DNA of 64,000 nt, taken from positions 384,001-448,000 of the forward strand of contig CAVWVI010000003.1 in assembly GCA_963758495.1 (NCBI GenBank), written 5' to 3'. Position 1 is the first letter of the stretch. Every line of letters starts with the position of its first letter. The position numbers and the translations under genes were made by a program. Shown here one piece after another: positions 29,218-40,213 of this stretch. The DNA comes from Oligoflexia bacterium (GTDB lineage: Bacteria; Bdellovibrionota; UBA1018). The notes below the pieces were generated by a model. It saw nothing but the letters and a program-made list of their open reading frames with translations, did not search any database and was not told the origin of the DNA.

Positions 29218-30243
29218 TTAGCTAAAAAGAGAATTAAACTCATCCCAATGATTTCTAAGCTTTCCCTTTAATTTCAAAACTGCTTGTGTATGCAATTGAC
29301 TCACTCTTGACTCCGTAACATCGAGGACTCGTCCAATTTCCTTAAGATTCAGATCCTCATAATAATACAGCGAAAGCACTAACCTCTGCTTTTCAGGCAA
29401 ATCCTGAATCGCCTCTGCAATCATTTTTTTGATATATGCAACATTGACTTCACTAAAGGGGGTCGAAGCTCTACTACCATGATCACCCACGCCATGCAGA
29501 GCCCTTTTATCAGCTTTAGAAAAATGGGAAATATCATCATACGAAAGTAACGAAACACTTCGAACTTGATTCAACAGTTCATGATATTCTTCTTGAGAAA
29601 TACTGAGCTCCTCGCAGATCTCCTCATCCGTAGCTTGACGACCCTTTTGATGTTCAATTTTTGAATAGCATCGTTCTAATATCTTTGCTTTTTCTCTTAC
29701 TGATCGAGGAACCCAGTCTTGTGCCCGCAGTTCATCTAAGATCGCTCCTCGGATTCTAAATTCAGCATAAGTCTTAAATTTATTATCCCTGGATGCATCA
29801 TACTTTTCCATTGCATCCATAAGACCAATTACACCAGAGCTCATCAAATCATCCAGCTCAATATTTGCCGGCAAGCGGGCAGCAATTTTTTGAGCAATGT
29901 ATTTAATCAGAGGTGCATACTCCAGGATCAACTGATCTCTAGACCTATTGACAGGTGAACAATCCTCTTTCACTAATGATGCTGTGGCACCTGCTTCTCT
30001 TTCCAGTTCTTCAGCTATTTCCTTTTGAAGTGCTTCTTCTTCTCTTTTTGCCTCATCGCCGAGAATGGAATCGCTGGAGGATAATTCTGTTCCGTTCTCA
30101 TAAGAATTTTTTACACCCGAAGTCTCGCACCGCTTTTCATTGGGATTTTCTTTGGGAGTTTTTTCGACACTCTTAGTCTCCTTCTTCACAGATGATTTAC
30201 GAATATTTTCCCGGTACTTTTGAATTCCTTGATTGAGGCTCAT
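29218..30243 (-). CDS. fliA: Flagellar sigma-28 factor FliA/WhiG with N-terminal extension
   Basis: FKTYAEFRIRGAILDELR..DWVPRSVR and LYYYEDLNLKEIG.VL.VTESRVSQLH. Confidence 0.95.
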   Translation of the reverse strand: MSLNQGIQKYRENIRKSSVKKETKSVEKTPKENPNEKRCETSGVKNSYENGTELSSSDSILGDEAKREEEALQKEIAEELEREAGATASLVKEDCSPVNRSRDQLILEYAPLIKYIAQKIAARLPANIELDDLMSSGVIGLMDAMEKYDASRDNKFKTYAEFRIRGAILDELRAQDWVPRSVREKAKILERCYSKIEHQKGRQATDEEICEELSISQEEYHELLNQVRSVSLLSYDDISHFSKADKRALHGVGDHGSRASTPFSEVNVAYIKKMIAEAIQDLPEKQRLVLSLYYYEDLNLKEIGRVLDVTESRVSQLHTQAVLKLKGKLRNHWDEFNSLFS

Positions 30244-30307
30244 CCGTATCCCACCTTATCCAAAAAAATTTAATTTCTATAGATCTAAAGACATTCCTTT
30301 AGTTGTC

Positions 30308-30377
30308 AGGATTCAAGAAAATGTTTTGGGGCCGTTTAGATTTGGATCCCCGGCCCAAAAACATTTTCTTGAATCCT
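30308..30377. repeat. Long inverted repeat (27-bp arms, 1 mismatch, 16-nt loop) between flhF and fliA
   Basis: AGGATTCAAGAAAATGTTTTGGGGCCG (30308-30334) versus CGGCCCAAAAACATTTTCTTGAATCCT (30351-30377). Confidence 0.95.
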
Positions 30378-30448
30378 ACATCTATCAGTCTACCAGAAAT
30401 TTATTTTTCTTCATAAATTGTGTGAATTATTCAGTGTCACAAATTTGA

Positions 30449-31903
30449 CTATATATCCAAAATGAGAGTAACAAGTCTTTCAGGAGTAGCTTCTTCAATA
30501 TCACCCGGCACCGTTTGTCCCGTTGTAAAATAGAGAAAAGGTAACTTTATCTTTTGACTTAAATTATATATAGAGCCATAGAGCATTGCTTCATCAAGCT
30601 TCGAGATAATCATTCCCTTTGGCTCTAGAACAGCAAATCGATGAGCGGCATCAAAGAGTTCTGCATCCCTCGTAATTGCCGAAAGCACGAGATAAGTCTG
30701 CAAATTTTGAACTGATTTCAGAATCTCCTCTATTTCCGCCAAAGAAGCTGGGTCTCGTTGAGATCTGCCAGTCGTGTCGATCAAAATTAAGTCTAAATTC
30801 TTAAAATCAGATAATGCTGCTTTCAAATCATCTGCCGAGCTGGTGGATCTGAAAGGAAGATTTAAGACCTTTGCATAAGTACCCAACTGATCAAATGCTC
30901 CCATCTTAAATCCGTCTAAATTAATCAATCCTACTTTAAGATTGTTTTTATGAATTGCTTCAGTAGCTAATTTAGCGATGGTAGTAGTTTTTCCCACTCC
31001 CGTCGGACCGATCAATGCTATTAAAACAGGCTCCCCTAATGCCCGACCTGAATCTTTAATTGCACCCTGACTCGTCCGAGGATGTACGACTGTAAGAGGA
31101 TTAAAGACTTTCACAGTCTCCATAATTTCCTGAGCCAATAAATCCATGACATACTCAGCACTCCTCGATCGATCGGGGCCTAATTCAAATGCTACTTTTT
31201 TAATAAGAGATAAAACATAACGACGTTCCACTCCATTAACAACAAGCTGCTCAAATGCATCCTGTAGGGCCGGAATCTCAAAAGCATTATTTTGTAAAAT
31301 CATGTCACTTTTTTGATTCTGATTGTTTTCCGCTGATTGCTTTTGCACCATCTGAACAGTTTTTAATTCATCAATCATTTTCTTCAGATAATCAATTTCA
31401 TCTTCAAGTGAAATCTTTGTTTTTGTGGACATTTTGAGAGAGGCTTCAAGCTGACCTGATTGAGTATCTTTAGGGATTACGATAGGTTGAGATTGTGGTA
31501 ATGATTTAGACTTTGTTAAATGCGTCTTTTCATCAGCAATGTCTATATAACGAGTTGCAGTAATGGGTTTGCTTTTCTGGGTCATTTCCACTCGATCTTT
31601 AGTTTGAGCAGCCCTCTCTAAATGTTTATGAGTATATTTATCAAAAACATCCGCCTGCTTTCCGGCAGGGAGATTTCTCATCGCAACCTTCGTAGACTCT
31701 GGAAGTTTGGTTTCCACCCGTTGCTTCTTCTGGAAAGAACGATCAGAAACAGCCGCGGTCACTTCCACCGACGCCTTTGATGATAGTCCGAATCCTCGTT
31801 TATTTTTTTTTGTCTGTAGAATAATTGCTTCAGGGCCTAATTCCCTTTTGACACTTTCTAAAGCCTCTTGAATAGTCGGTGCTTCAAACTTCTTAACTTG
31901 CAT
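30449..31903 (-). CDS. flhF: Flagellar SRP-type GTPase FlhF
   Basis: MQVKKFEA N-terminus, GPTGVGKTTTIAKLA, DTTGRS, SKLDE and TTGQTVP. Confidence 0.95.
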   Translation of the reverse strand: MQVKKFEAPTIQEALESVKRELGPEAIILQTKKNKRGFGLSSKASVEVTAAVSDRSFQKKQRVETKLPESTKVAMRNLPAGKQADVFDKYTHKHLERAAQTKDRVEMTQKSKPITATRYIDIADEKTHLTKSKSLPQSQPIVIPKDTQSGQLEASLKMSTKTKISLEDEIDYLKKMIDELKTVQMVQKQSAENNQNQKSDMILQNNAFEIPALQDAFEQLVVNGVERRYVLSLIKKVAFELGPDRSRSAEYVMDLLAQEIMETVKVFNPLTVVHPRTSQGAIKDSGRALGEPVLIALIGPTGVGKTTTIAKLATEAIHKNNLKVGLINLDGFKMGAFDQLGTYAKVLNLPFRSTSSADDLKAALSDFKNLDLILIDTTGRSQRDPASLAEIEEILKSVQNLQTYLVLSAITRDAELFDAAHRFAVLEPKGMIISKLDEAMLYGSIYNLSQKIKLPFLYFTTGQTVPGDIEEATPERLVTLILDI

Positions 31904-33971
31904 ATGATATCCTCACTGTTCCATACGATTTAACAGTAACATTTGGAGTAATTTCATTATGTGAAAGTACGGTCACATTTGGAATAAAACGATCAATTAA
32001 TCCTTTTAAGTGGTAACGAATTAAAGGAGAACAAAGTACAATTGCATGACTTGTTTCAGTTCCCATCTCCATGGCTTTTTGATTTAATTGCGCAATAAAC
32101 GCTCGTACAAATTCGGGTTCAATAGAAAGCTGTTGGCCTTGATCGGTCTGAATAATTCCAGCGGCGACAGTTTCTTCAATCGTTCTATCTAAAGTAAGAA
32201 GCACAAGCTGCCCTTCCTGATTAATCAACTTTTTAGTAATGGTTCTCGCAAGTGCAGTTCGTACATGTTCCATCAAAATAGTAGGATCTTTCTGCGTAGG
32301 AGCCAAATCTGTAAGGGCTTCAAAAATCGTTCTCAAGTCTCTAATAGAAACATTTTCCTTTAGGAGTGACTTGAGCACTCTCAGTACGGTTCCCACAGTC
32401 AATAAATTAGGAACTAAGTCCTCGATTACTTTTGGCGCAGTTTGTTTGAAGTTATCGAGGAGGACTTGAAGCTCTTGTCGTCCCAGAAGTTCATGTACAT
32501 TCTGACGAATGAGTTCCGTTAAATGAGTTGCAATCACAGTAGAAAGATCAACCACGGTGTAACCAGCGTACGTAGCTTCTTCCTTTTGGCGTGGGGTAAT
32601 CCAAATAGCATCCAACCCAAATGCGGGTTCCTTTGTTGGCACCCCTACCACCCGATCCACTACGTTGCCAGGGTCCATAGCAAGCAAATTACCCACCATA
32701 AGCGATCCGGAGGCGATCTGGACGCCTTTTAGCAAAATTTGATAATCACCTGGTTTAAGCTCGAGGTTATCTCTAATTCTCAATGAAGGAATAATGACTC
32801 CCAAATCCAAAGCAAACTGCTTACGAATATTTGAAATTCTCTCCAAAAGATCACCATTTTGATCGGCATCCACAATATTAATCAACCCATAGCCTACTTC
32901 TAATTCCAAAACGTCCACTGGCAGTAAACTCTCCAACTTCTCAGGTGCATGCTTGAGTTTCTCTTGATTGGTTTTTTCTTCCTTTTGCTTTTCATCCAAA
33001 TTTGCTTTTGAATAAAGTCCATAAGAAACACTACCTAGACAAAGACTTAAAAATATAAATGGAAAAAAGGGTAATCCAGGAACAATCGACATAACTCCCA
33101 TTACCACTGATGCTGCTGCCAATGCTTTTGGCTGCATCATGAGTTGTTTGGATATTTCATGACTAAAATTAGTACTGGTTGCGGTTCGAGTTACAATAAT
33201 ACCGGCCGCCGTCGAAACGATTAGGGACGGAATCTGAGTAACCAGGCCATCTCCTACGGTTAAAAGCGTGAAAGTCGACGCAGCGGTTCCAATATCCATT
33301 CCCTTTTGCAAAGTACCAATGATAATGCCACCCACCACATTAACGATAACAATCAAAATTCCCGCAATTGCATCTCCGCGGACAAACTTGGATGCTCCAT
33401 CCATAGCTCCATAAAAATCTGCCTCGCGGGCAATTTCTGATCGCCGACGTCGAGCTTCTTCCTCGTTAATGAGTCCGGCATTCAAATCTGCATCAATTGC
33501 CATTTGTTTGCCTGGCATAGCATCCAAAGTAAATCGTGCAGCCACTTCAGCTACACGTCCTGCACCTTTGGTAATAACGACAAAATTTATAATCACGAGA
33601 ATGATAAAAATAATCATCCCCACTGCATAATTTCCACCTACAACAAATTCTCCGAAGGAGCGAATTACCTCTCCTGCAGCTGCAGTACCCTCTTCGGCTC
33701 CATGCAATAGGATTACTCTCGTTGTAGCTACGTTTAACGAAAGTCGAAAGAGTGTGGTAATTAATAGCAACGATGGAAAAATACTAAAATCTAGCGCACG
33801 ATTTGCGTATACAGAGGTAAGTAATAAAACCATTGAAAGAGCAATTCCTAAGCACAAGAGAATGTCCAAGAGGAACCGGGGCATCGGAATAATCATTACC
33901 GAAAGAATTGCCACTAATCCTAATGCGAGCAAAAGGTCGGCACTTTTCGTAAATCGTTCAAATAACTTCAC
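31893..33971 (-). CDS. flhA: Flagellar export gate FlhA
   Basis: RVAEVAARFTLDAMPGKQMAIDADL and FYGAMDGASKFVRGDA. Confidence 0.98.
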   Translation of the reverse strand: MKLFERFTKSADLLLALGLVAILSVMIIPMPRFLLDILLCLGIALSMVLLLTSVYANRALDFSIFPSLLLITTLFRLSLNVATTRVILLHGAEEGTAAAGEVIRSFGEFVVGGNYAVGMIIFIILVIINFVVITKGAGRVAEVAARFTLDAMPGKQMAIDADLNAGLINEEEARRRRSEIAREADFYGAMDGASKFVRGDAIAGILIVIVNVVGGIIIGTLQKGMDIGTAASTFTLLTVGDGLVTQIPSLIVSTAAGIIVTRTATSTNFSHEISKQLMMQPKALAAASVVMGVMSIVPGLPFFPFIFLSLCLGSVSYGLYSKANLDEKQKEEKTNQEKLKHAPEKLESLLPVDVLELEVGYGLINIVDADQNGDLLERISNIRKQFALDLGVIIPSLRIRDNLELKPGDYQILLKGVQIASGSLMVGNLLAMDPGNVVDRVVGVPTKEPAFGLDAIWITPRQKEEATYAGYTVVDLSTVIATHLTELIRQNVHELLGRQELQVLLDNFKQTAPKVIEDLVPNLLTVGTVLRVLKSLLKENVSIRDLRTIFEALTDLAPTQKDPTILMEHVRTALARTITKKLINQEGQLVLLTLDRTIEETVAAGIIQTDQGQQLSIEPEFVRAFIAQLNQKAMEMGTETSHAIVLCSPLIRYHLKGLIDRFIPNVTVLSHNEITPNVTVKSYGTVRISYAS

Positions 33972-35056
33972 AAGTCCTTCTTCCTAAGCCGATAAACAAA
34001 GGCTAAAACTTCTGCTACGGCTTGATAAAGTGCTCTGGGAATCGATTGATTTATTTTCACTGTTTTATAGAGAGTTCGAGCTAACGGTACATTTTCTACC
34101 AATGGCACTCCGGCGGCTGCAGCTACTTCCTTTATTTTTTGGGCCACAAAGTCTGCACCTTTTGCCACAACTCTAGGCGCACTCATCGACTGAGTGTCAT
34201 AAACCAGTGCCACAGCAATATGGGTAGGATTTGTAACAATGACATCAGCACTTTTCACGGCCTGCATCATTCGGCGTCGAGCCATTTCTCTTTGAACTGA
34301 ACGAATCCTCGCACGCATCTGAGGATTACCTTCACGTTCTTTATGCTCTTGCTTAGCCTCTTGTTTGGTCATTCTTAAATTTTTGCTGTATTCATATTTT
34401 TGAAATCCATAATCAATTGCCGCAAAAACTCCAAAAACTCCTACTAGGGAAAGAAAAATCACTTTTGCAGATTGACAAAAAGCGATCAGGAGATCATCTG
34501 CATCACCACCAAAGTGAGTAGGAGCCGCCAATATTTCTGACTTTAATAAATAAAATGATACCGCAAGAACTACGATCATCTTAAACATAAGTCTAAGTCC
34601 GTCATAGAACTGCTTCATGGAAATCATTTTCTGTAAGCCTTGAATAGGATTCAACTTATCAAGATCGGGCGTCAGAGGTTCAAATGAGAAAATGGATCCG
34701 ATCTGAACATAACTTCCTAGGATGCCAGCTATAAATCCTATTCCACAAATAGGACCGCCTATTGAAAACATAATTTCAATTGCTTTAACAAAATAACCAT
34801 GAGCGGTTTTTGCTGAACCTAAATCTAGCTTTGACGACAAGTCTGTTCGAAAGACCTCTCTCGTAAATTCAGAGATTTCGACTGCAAACTTAACGAAAAG
34901 TGAGTAGGTCGCAATGCCGGTCGCGAGCAAAGCGGCGAGTCCTGACAACTCCCGACTTTGAGCCACTATCCCTTTTCGACGATACTCTTCTAATCGATAG
35001 GGAGATGCTTCTTCGGTAAGATCTTCCTGCGATCGATCCTCTTGATTCTCTGCCAA
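33968..35056 (-). CDS. flhB: Flagellar export protein FlhB
   Basis: EGNPQ, NPTH autocleavage site and ENVPLAR. Confidence 0.97.
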   Translation of the reverse strand: MAENQEDRSQEDLTEEASPYRLEEYRRKGIVAQSRELSGLAALLATGIATYSLFVKFAVEISEFTREVFRTDLSSKLDLGSAKTAHGYFVKAIEIMFSIGGPICGIGFIAGILGSYVQIGSIFSFEPLTPDLDKLNPIQGLQKMISMKQFYDGLRLMFKMIVVLAVSFYLLKSEILAAPTHFGGDADDLLIAFCQSAKVIFLSLVGVFGVFAAIDYGFQKYEYSKNLRMTKQEAKQEHKEREGNPQMRARIRSVQREMARRRMMQAVKSADVIVTNPTHIAVALVYDTQSMSAPRVVAKGADFVAQKIKEVAAAAGVPLVENVPLARTLYKTVKINQSIPRALYQAVAEVLAFVYRLRKKDL

Positions 35057-35059
35057 TGG

Positions 35060-35869
35060 CTATCGCCTCCCCGAAAGAGCTAGCATAATTGACACCATCC
35101 AATCACCAATACCTCCTAGAATTTTTGTTATTACATTATTAAATTCTGGCATACTCAAAAACATCACAATAAAGCCAATACTGGCAGTAATAGCAAATGA
35201 CAGAATAAGGATATTAAGTTGAGGCATCGCTTTTGAAATCATTCCAAAAACTACGTTAACGGCAAAAAGTGAAATCGCGACGGGCGCCGAAATCTGAAGT
35301 CCAAATTTGAAAACTTCACCAGTCATTTGAATTAACCTATGACTAAATGGAGCTAAGAATTGAGCTCGTCCTAATCCCACTATTCTATAACTTTCGAGCG
35401 ATGCTCTTAACATCAAATGATGTCCATCCAAAGCAAGAAAAATTAACATAGCTAACGATGTTTGAATTTGAGCGACCACTTCACTCTGAGACTCTTGATG
35501 GGGGTCATACATACTAGCAGAAGCAAATCCCATAAAAGTCCCCACCAAATTTGCTCCAAATGAAATCCCTTCAAATACTAATCGCGCAGTAAATCCCAAT
35601 GCCAATGAAAACAGGGTTTCCAAGGCAATTACACCTATAATTCCGCTAGCCGAAGATCCCCATACGTCTGCATCTTGGGGCTTAATTTGACCTGATGCCA
35701 CTAAACTAGGAAAGAGAGCAAAAGAAACTGCTAGACCTAAAAGAACTTTGACAGATGAAGGAACAAAGCGATCACCGATGAACGGTAGAACTGAAAAGAG
35801 AACGGTGAATCGAACTAATACAGCGAAAAAAGTCAAAATTTCATCTGTATTAAAATTAAAAAGTGACAT
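35060..35869 (-). CDS. fliR: Flagellar export protein FliR
   Basis: Multi-TM, LDGHH and KAMPQLNI; ATG overlaps the fliQ stop (TAATG). Confidence 0.93.
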   Translation of the reverse strand: MSLFNFNTDEILTFFAVLVRFTVLFSVLPFIGDRFVPSSVKVLLGLAVSFALFPSLVASGQIKPQDADVWGSSASGIIGVIALETLFSLALGFTARLVFEGISFGANLVGTFMGFASASMYDPHQESQSEVVAQIQTSLAMLIFLALDGHHLMLRASLESYRIVGLGRAQFLAPFSHRLIQMTGEVFKFGLQISAPVAISLFAVNVVFGMISKAMPQLNILILSFAITASIGFIVMFLSMPEFNNVITKILGGIGDWMVSIMLALSGRR

Positions 35870-36138
35870 TACCTTACCCATTCTCCTGCATTTCCAAGAA
35901 TATCACTGGCATAATGTTGTAAAACTCCAAGCATCCAAGGGGCCATGATCGCAAGAACTACGATAACGGCAATCATTTTAGGAATAAAGGTAAGAGTTGA
36001 TTCATTAATTTGAGTGACAGCCTGCATAATACTCACAATAAGTCCTACCCCCATTGCTGCCGCTAAGAGAGGGCCTGCAAGAAGAATCGTGGTTTTAATT
36101 GCCTCTGAACCGAGTGACATCACCATTTCATCTGTCAC
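35869..36138 (-). CDS. fliQ: Flagellar export protein FliQ
   Basis: QAVTQINESTLTFIPK; 89 aa. Confidence 0.96.
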   Translation of the reverse strand: MTDEMVMSLGSEAIKTTILLAGPLLAAAMGVGLIVSIMQAVTQINESTLTFIPKMIAVIVVLAIMAPWMLGVLQHYASDILGNAGEWVR

Positions 36139-36156
36139 AATTGACTCCTCTCGAAT

Positions 36157-36936
36157 TTAACCAAAACTTTTTACTAAACTTCCAATCACAAGTTCCCAAC
36201 CATCTATCAAAACAAAAAGCAAAAGTTTAAATGGAAGAGAAATCACTACCGGTGGCAGCATCATCATTCCCATTGCCATAAGAACACTGGCTACCACCAT
36301 ATCTAAGACTAAAAAAGGCAGATAAAGCATAAATCCAATTTGAAATGCGGTCTTCAATTCACTGATAATAAAGGCTGGAATTAATACGTAGGTTGCTACT
36401 CCACTACGATTTTTTGGCTTCACCTCTTTGGATAAAGACAAAAACAATTCAAGGTCTTTTTCTCTTGTTTGATTGAACATAAACTCGCGAAGAGGCGCCT
36501 CAGCCTTTTCATAGGCCATTTTTTGGTCAATTTTCTCATTTAGGTAAGGTTCTACAGCATTTGAGGAAATCACTCTCCATGTCGGAGCCATAACAAAAAA
36601 TGAAAGAAACAAAGATAGACCTACGATTAACTGATTAGGAGGCATTTGCTGGGTACCCAACGCTTGTCGTACAAAACTCAACACAACTACTATTCTAGTA
36701 AAGGAGGTCATCATAATCAGAATAGACGGGGCGAGTGACAAGACCGTAAGCGTCATTATAATTCGTAGCACTGAGACAAGGTCACCCGGCTTTTGATTAT
36801 TAGCAAAAGAAAGACTCAATGAAGGCAAACTGAGCCCTGATGAGCCGGGTGTATAGGAGCCATTTGAATTTGCATAAGCGAAAGTTGGACCTTGAATGCT
36901 AAAAATGATGAACAAAGCTAAGGCCAAATATTTCAT
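36157..36936 (-). CDS. fliP: Flagellar export protein FliP
   Basis: [25 protein letters not shown] and MGMMMLPP. Confidence 0.97.
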   Translation of the reverse strand: MKYLALALFIIFSIQGPTFAYANSNGSYTPGSSGLSLPSLSLSFANNQKPGDLVSVLRIIMTLTVLSLAPSILIMMTSFTRIVVVLSFVRQALGTQQMPPNQLIVGLSLFLSFFVMAPTWRVISSNAVEPYLNEKIDQKMAYEKAEAPLREFMFNQTREKDLELFLSLSKEVKPKNRSGVATYVLIPAFIISELKTAFQIGFMLYLPFLVLDMVVASVLMAMGMMMLPPVVISLPFKLLLFVLIDGWELVIGSLVKSFG

Positions 36937-37940
36937 AAAGGCTTTAGCCCTTTCAATCTCGTCCGGATTTTAGATCTCACACTGAAAGCCGCTTCTGGGC
37001 TTAAACTTTCAGAATTCAAAATCTCGGAGAATATGGGCTCATCTGACGATGACTTTGACAAAATATTTTTAGAACTACTTTGCTCAGGGTTGGATGGGCC
37101 ATCCTGAAGCTCTGTGATTAAATTGATTGATTCATTGGATACCCCTAATGCAAATAACTCCCCAGCAATCCTCACTACTCTAATGCTTTTTTTAGGGTCC
37201 AAATAATAGGTGGAAAGCACTTCGATCATTTTTCCATTTTTATTTTTTGAACCACCGCCAATAAATCGATTTAAAGTGCCTAAGGATTTTCCCGCTTGAT
37301 TTGCCTCAGAGAATTTTAATTTTTTCAAGATGAATAAAATCGGAAATAAAAGCAAAATAACTGCACCCAACTTGATCGCGATAGATGTCATCGAAGGAAG
37401 AGCATTTGTATTTTCAATTGTTTTCCGCTCACTCACCTTTTGCTTTACAATCACATCCGCCGGACTTACTTCTGGTTTAGGAGTACTGTCTTTAACAACA
37501 GTTTCCAGAAGTGCTTTCTCATCTATATCTTCATTTAACGCTCCCTTGGATGGAGCTACTGGATGAGCGTCAAATTTGATTGAAATCATTTTACCGTTAG
37601 GCTGAATCTTAACATAATCTTTGAAGTCGTCAGCTTTTCCACGTACAAAAAGACGGCATCTTACTAATCGAGGAGAATATTGATAGGCAAATACTTTAGT
37701 TAAATTATTACCACTTACAGGAGCAATTTTCGCCGGATACACAGATACATTTTTAATATTAATCTGAATGATATTGCTCAGATACTCGGTTGTAATTTGC
37801 TCCTTCCCAATCTTTCCATCGAAAAGCAAATTAATTTCGTCATTATTTTGAACTTGTACCTGCTTCAAATCTACCATTGCAAATGATGAAGACTCACAAA
37901 GCGTCACTGCCAATACCAATAAAACGTACAGTTTTCTCAT
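36933..37940 (-). CDS. fliO: FliO-family protein with periplasmic N-terminal domain
   Basis: Signal peptide, central TM and C-terminal [17 protein letters not shown]...LGVS; lies between fliN and fliP. Confidence 0.8.
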   Translation of the reverse strand: MRKLYVLLVLAVTLCESSSFAMVDLKQVQVQNNDEINLLFDGKIGKEQITTEYLSNIIQINIKNVSVYPAKIAPVSGNNLTKVFAYQYSPRLVRCRLFVRGKADDFKDYVKIQPNGKMISIKFDAHPVAPSKGALNEDIDEKALLETVVKDSTPKPEVSPADVIVKQKVSERKTIENTNALPSMTSIAIKLGAVILLLFPILFILKKLKFSEANQAGKSLGTLNRFIGGGSKNKNGKMIEVLSTYYLDPKKSIRVVRIAGELFALGVSNESINLITELQDGPSNPEQSSSKNILSKSSSDEPIFSEILNSESLSPEAAFSVRSKIRTRLKGLKPL

Positions 37941-38347
37941 TTCAATTGCTCGATCCTCTCTACCGGTGAGATGATATCGGTCAAACGAATTCCAAATTTT
38001 TCGTTAACAACCACTACTTCCCCTCTAGCGATGAGTTTATCGTTTACTAAAACTTCTAGTGGTTCTCCCGCAAACTTCGATAACTCCACAACAGACCCCT
38101 GTGCTAATTGTAAAATTTCTCGAACAGCCATTTTTGATCGACCTAGTTCCGCTGTAATTTTTAAAGGAATATCTAAAATAAAATCTAAAGACTGAACTGC
38201 AGGCCCATTACTCTTTGGTGATCCGCCCTGGCCCGAGGAAGATGCAGCCCCTCCTCCACCACCAGCCTGAGACTTTGAGGCGTTTAAAGTAGCCCCAATG
38301 TCTTCTATATTTTCTCCAGATATATTTGTTTCCACTGAATCAGCCAT
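37937..38347 (-). CDS. fliN: Flagellar motor switch FliN
   Basis: LDFILDIPLKITAELG and GEVVVVNEKFGIRLT. Confidence 0.96.
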   Translation of the reverse strand: MADSVETNISGENIEDIGATLNASKSQAGGGGGAASSSGQGGSPKSNGPAVQSLDFILDIPLKITAELGRSKMAVREILQLAQGSVVELSKFAGEPLEVLVNDKLIARGEVVVVNEKFGIRLTDIISPVERIEQLK

Positions 38348-38363
38348 AGCGTCTCCTTACGTT

Positions 38364-39389
38364 CTATTCATCATCCGTAAATCTCGTAACCTGAACTGCT
38401 CTATTTCCACGAGAAATTCCAAAAAAGCATTTCAACTTTGGAACACCTTCAATTAAAATTTCCATTTCTCCATCTGCATCCTGAGTCAGTGGGATAATGT
38501 CGCCAATATTTAGATTGACTAAATCACCTACTGTAATCGTCGTAGAACCTAAATTGACTAACACATTGACCTCAGTATTTCTTAAATGCTCTTCTAGTGT
38601 CGCGGTCCATTCTTTATCAACACGATCCAATTCAGTTTGAAATGAGGCATTAAGTTTATTTTTAATAGGTTCAATGGTTGAATACGGAACTACAAGAGCA
38701 ATAGTGCCGCTTGCATTCTCAAGTTCTACTTCAAACGTGGTAGATATAATAACGTCCGAAGGAGGAACCACACCGACGAATTGAGGATTAACTTCTGTCC
38801 TTAAATAGGAAATATCAGTCTTATGGACCGGGTTCCAAGCCTCTTCCAAGTCCCTGATCGCAAGGTCCATGACTTTACGCATAATTGAGAGCTCAATTCT
38901 CGTAAATTCCTTACCTTCTAGTTTTGTATAGGGGCGATCCGTTCCTCCAAAAAAACTATCTACTAGCGCGTACGATAACTTCGATTCAAAAACAAGAATA
39001 GCGGGCCCTCGCAGGCTTTCGAATCGCATGATACACATACAACTTGGGATTGGCAGTGTATTTACAAACTCTCCAAATTTTAATAAGTCTGTAGAAATAA
39101 TACTAATAGTAGCAATTTTCCTCAAAGCATTAGATAAGGACATGCGATAGAGTCGAATAAATCGTTCATAAATAATATCAAGTGTCGGCATTCTTCCGCG
39201 AATGACACGATCTTGATTTGTTAGATCATATGGAACTATTTCGACTTCAGCATTTGAATTCAAATCATTGCTTAACGAATCACTCATCCCTCCAGAAGAG
39301 GGTTGTTCCGATGCTTTTGGATCAACTGATCCTTCGGCTACCGCATTCAGAAGTGCATCTACTTCTGCTTGAGTTAATACCTGATTCAT
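38364..39389 (-). CDS. fliM: Flagellar motor switch FliM
   Basis: VLTQAEVDALL CheY-binding peptide, YDLT, FGG and EVNPQF. Confidence 0.96.
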   Translation of the reverse strand: MNQVLTQAEVDALLNAVAEGSVDPKASEQPSSGGMSDSLSNDLNSNAEVEIVPYDLTNQDRVIRGRMPTLDIIYERFIRLYRMSLSNALRKIATISIISTDLLKFGEFVNTLPIPSCMCIMRFESLRGPAILVFESKLSYALVDSFFGGTDRPYTKLEGKEFTRIELSIMRKVMDLAIRDLEEAWNPVHKTDISYLRTEVNPQFVGVVPPSDVIISTTFEVELENASGTIALVVPYSTIEPIKNKLNASFQTELDRVDKEWTATLEEHLRNTEVNVLVNLGSTTITVGDLVNLNIGDIIPLTQDADGEMEILIEGVPKLKCFFGISRGNRAVQVTRFTDDE

Positions 39390-39445
39390 AACCTAGCCAT
39401 CCTAGCTTTTCGAATTTTAAGTTAGGCATCTTGCCCGACTTACTC

Positions 39446-40072
39446 TCAACCGGCTAAAGCGAAACTCGTAAAAAATACACCTTTGACCTTTCCGCTCACA
39501 AGAAAGGCATTAAGTGCATTTTTAATTTCCTCCTTTATATATTCTCTACCATCCACCGTTGCAAGATCAGCAGGTCTTTTACTATTAAAGAGATCAATGA
39601 CTACATTTCTAACTTGCGGCATTTTTACATTAATTTCACTTTCGGCTTCGTCATTTGGAAGCTCTAAGGAAATATTAATACGCACAAATTTTGGAGTTGC
39701 ACTACCTGGAGTGGATAAATTAATTGTAAATTGATCTAATGTGACCATTTTTCCAAAATTTGAAGGCTTTTTCTTTTCTACGTCTTTTCCCTCTTCCTCT
39801 TTTCCACCGCCTTCTTTTTCTTTTGATTTCTCTCCCTCAGCTTCACCCGTAGCACTACGGGCCGAAATATCCTCTACTGACGGGCGTTTTTTATCGCGTT
39901 GAAATGAAACGAATAAAACTGCAAGCATACCCATAGTAACTATTAAATTTACTAAAGATAAAATAACGACAAGTTTACTTCCACCAGAAGCACCACTAGC
40001 GGTACTTACTACTGAACTGGGCGCTTTTTCTTCGGTAGCTCCGGAATTTCCCGTTGCCATACTCATCCACAT
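39446..40072 (-). CDS. fliL: Flagellar basal-body protein FliL
   Basis: Single N-terminal TM, FTINL, PQVRN and VFFTSF; true start may be 40060. Confidence 0.9.
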   Translation of the reverse strand: MWMSMATGNSGATEEKAPSSVVSTASGASGGSKLVVILSLVNLIVTMGMLAVLFVSFQRDKKRPSVEDISARSATGEAEGEKSKEKEGGGKEEEGKDVEKKKPSNFGKMVTLDQFTINLSTPGSATPKFVRINISLELPNDEAESEINVKMPQVRNVVIDLFNSKRPADLATVDGREYIKEEIKNALNAFLVSGKVKGVFFTSFALAG

Positions 40073-40213
40073 CCTTCCAATAGACTACTTTCTATTTTGC
40101 AACGGGGCCTTATTGAAGGCAAGTGTACAAATAGAAGAAAAATAGTAAATATCAAAGTCTTGTGGCTTAATAGGAAAATTGTATCGACTTCTGTCAATTG
40201 AATGACAATATTT

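Noticed and set aside
30233..30448. 71-aa plus-strand ORF between fliA and flhF
   Set aside because: Antisense to the operon, spans the palindrome and shows no FlhG similarity
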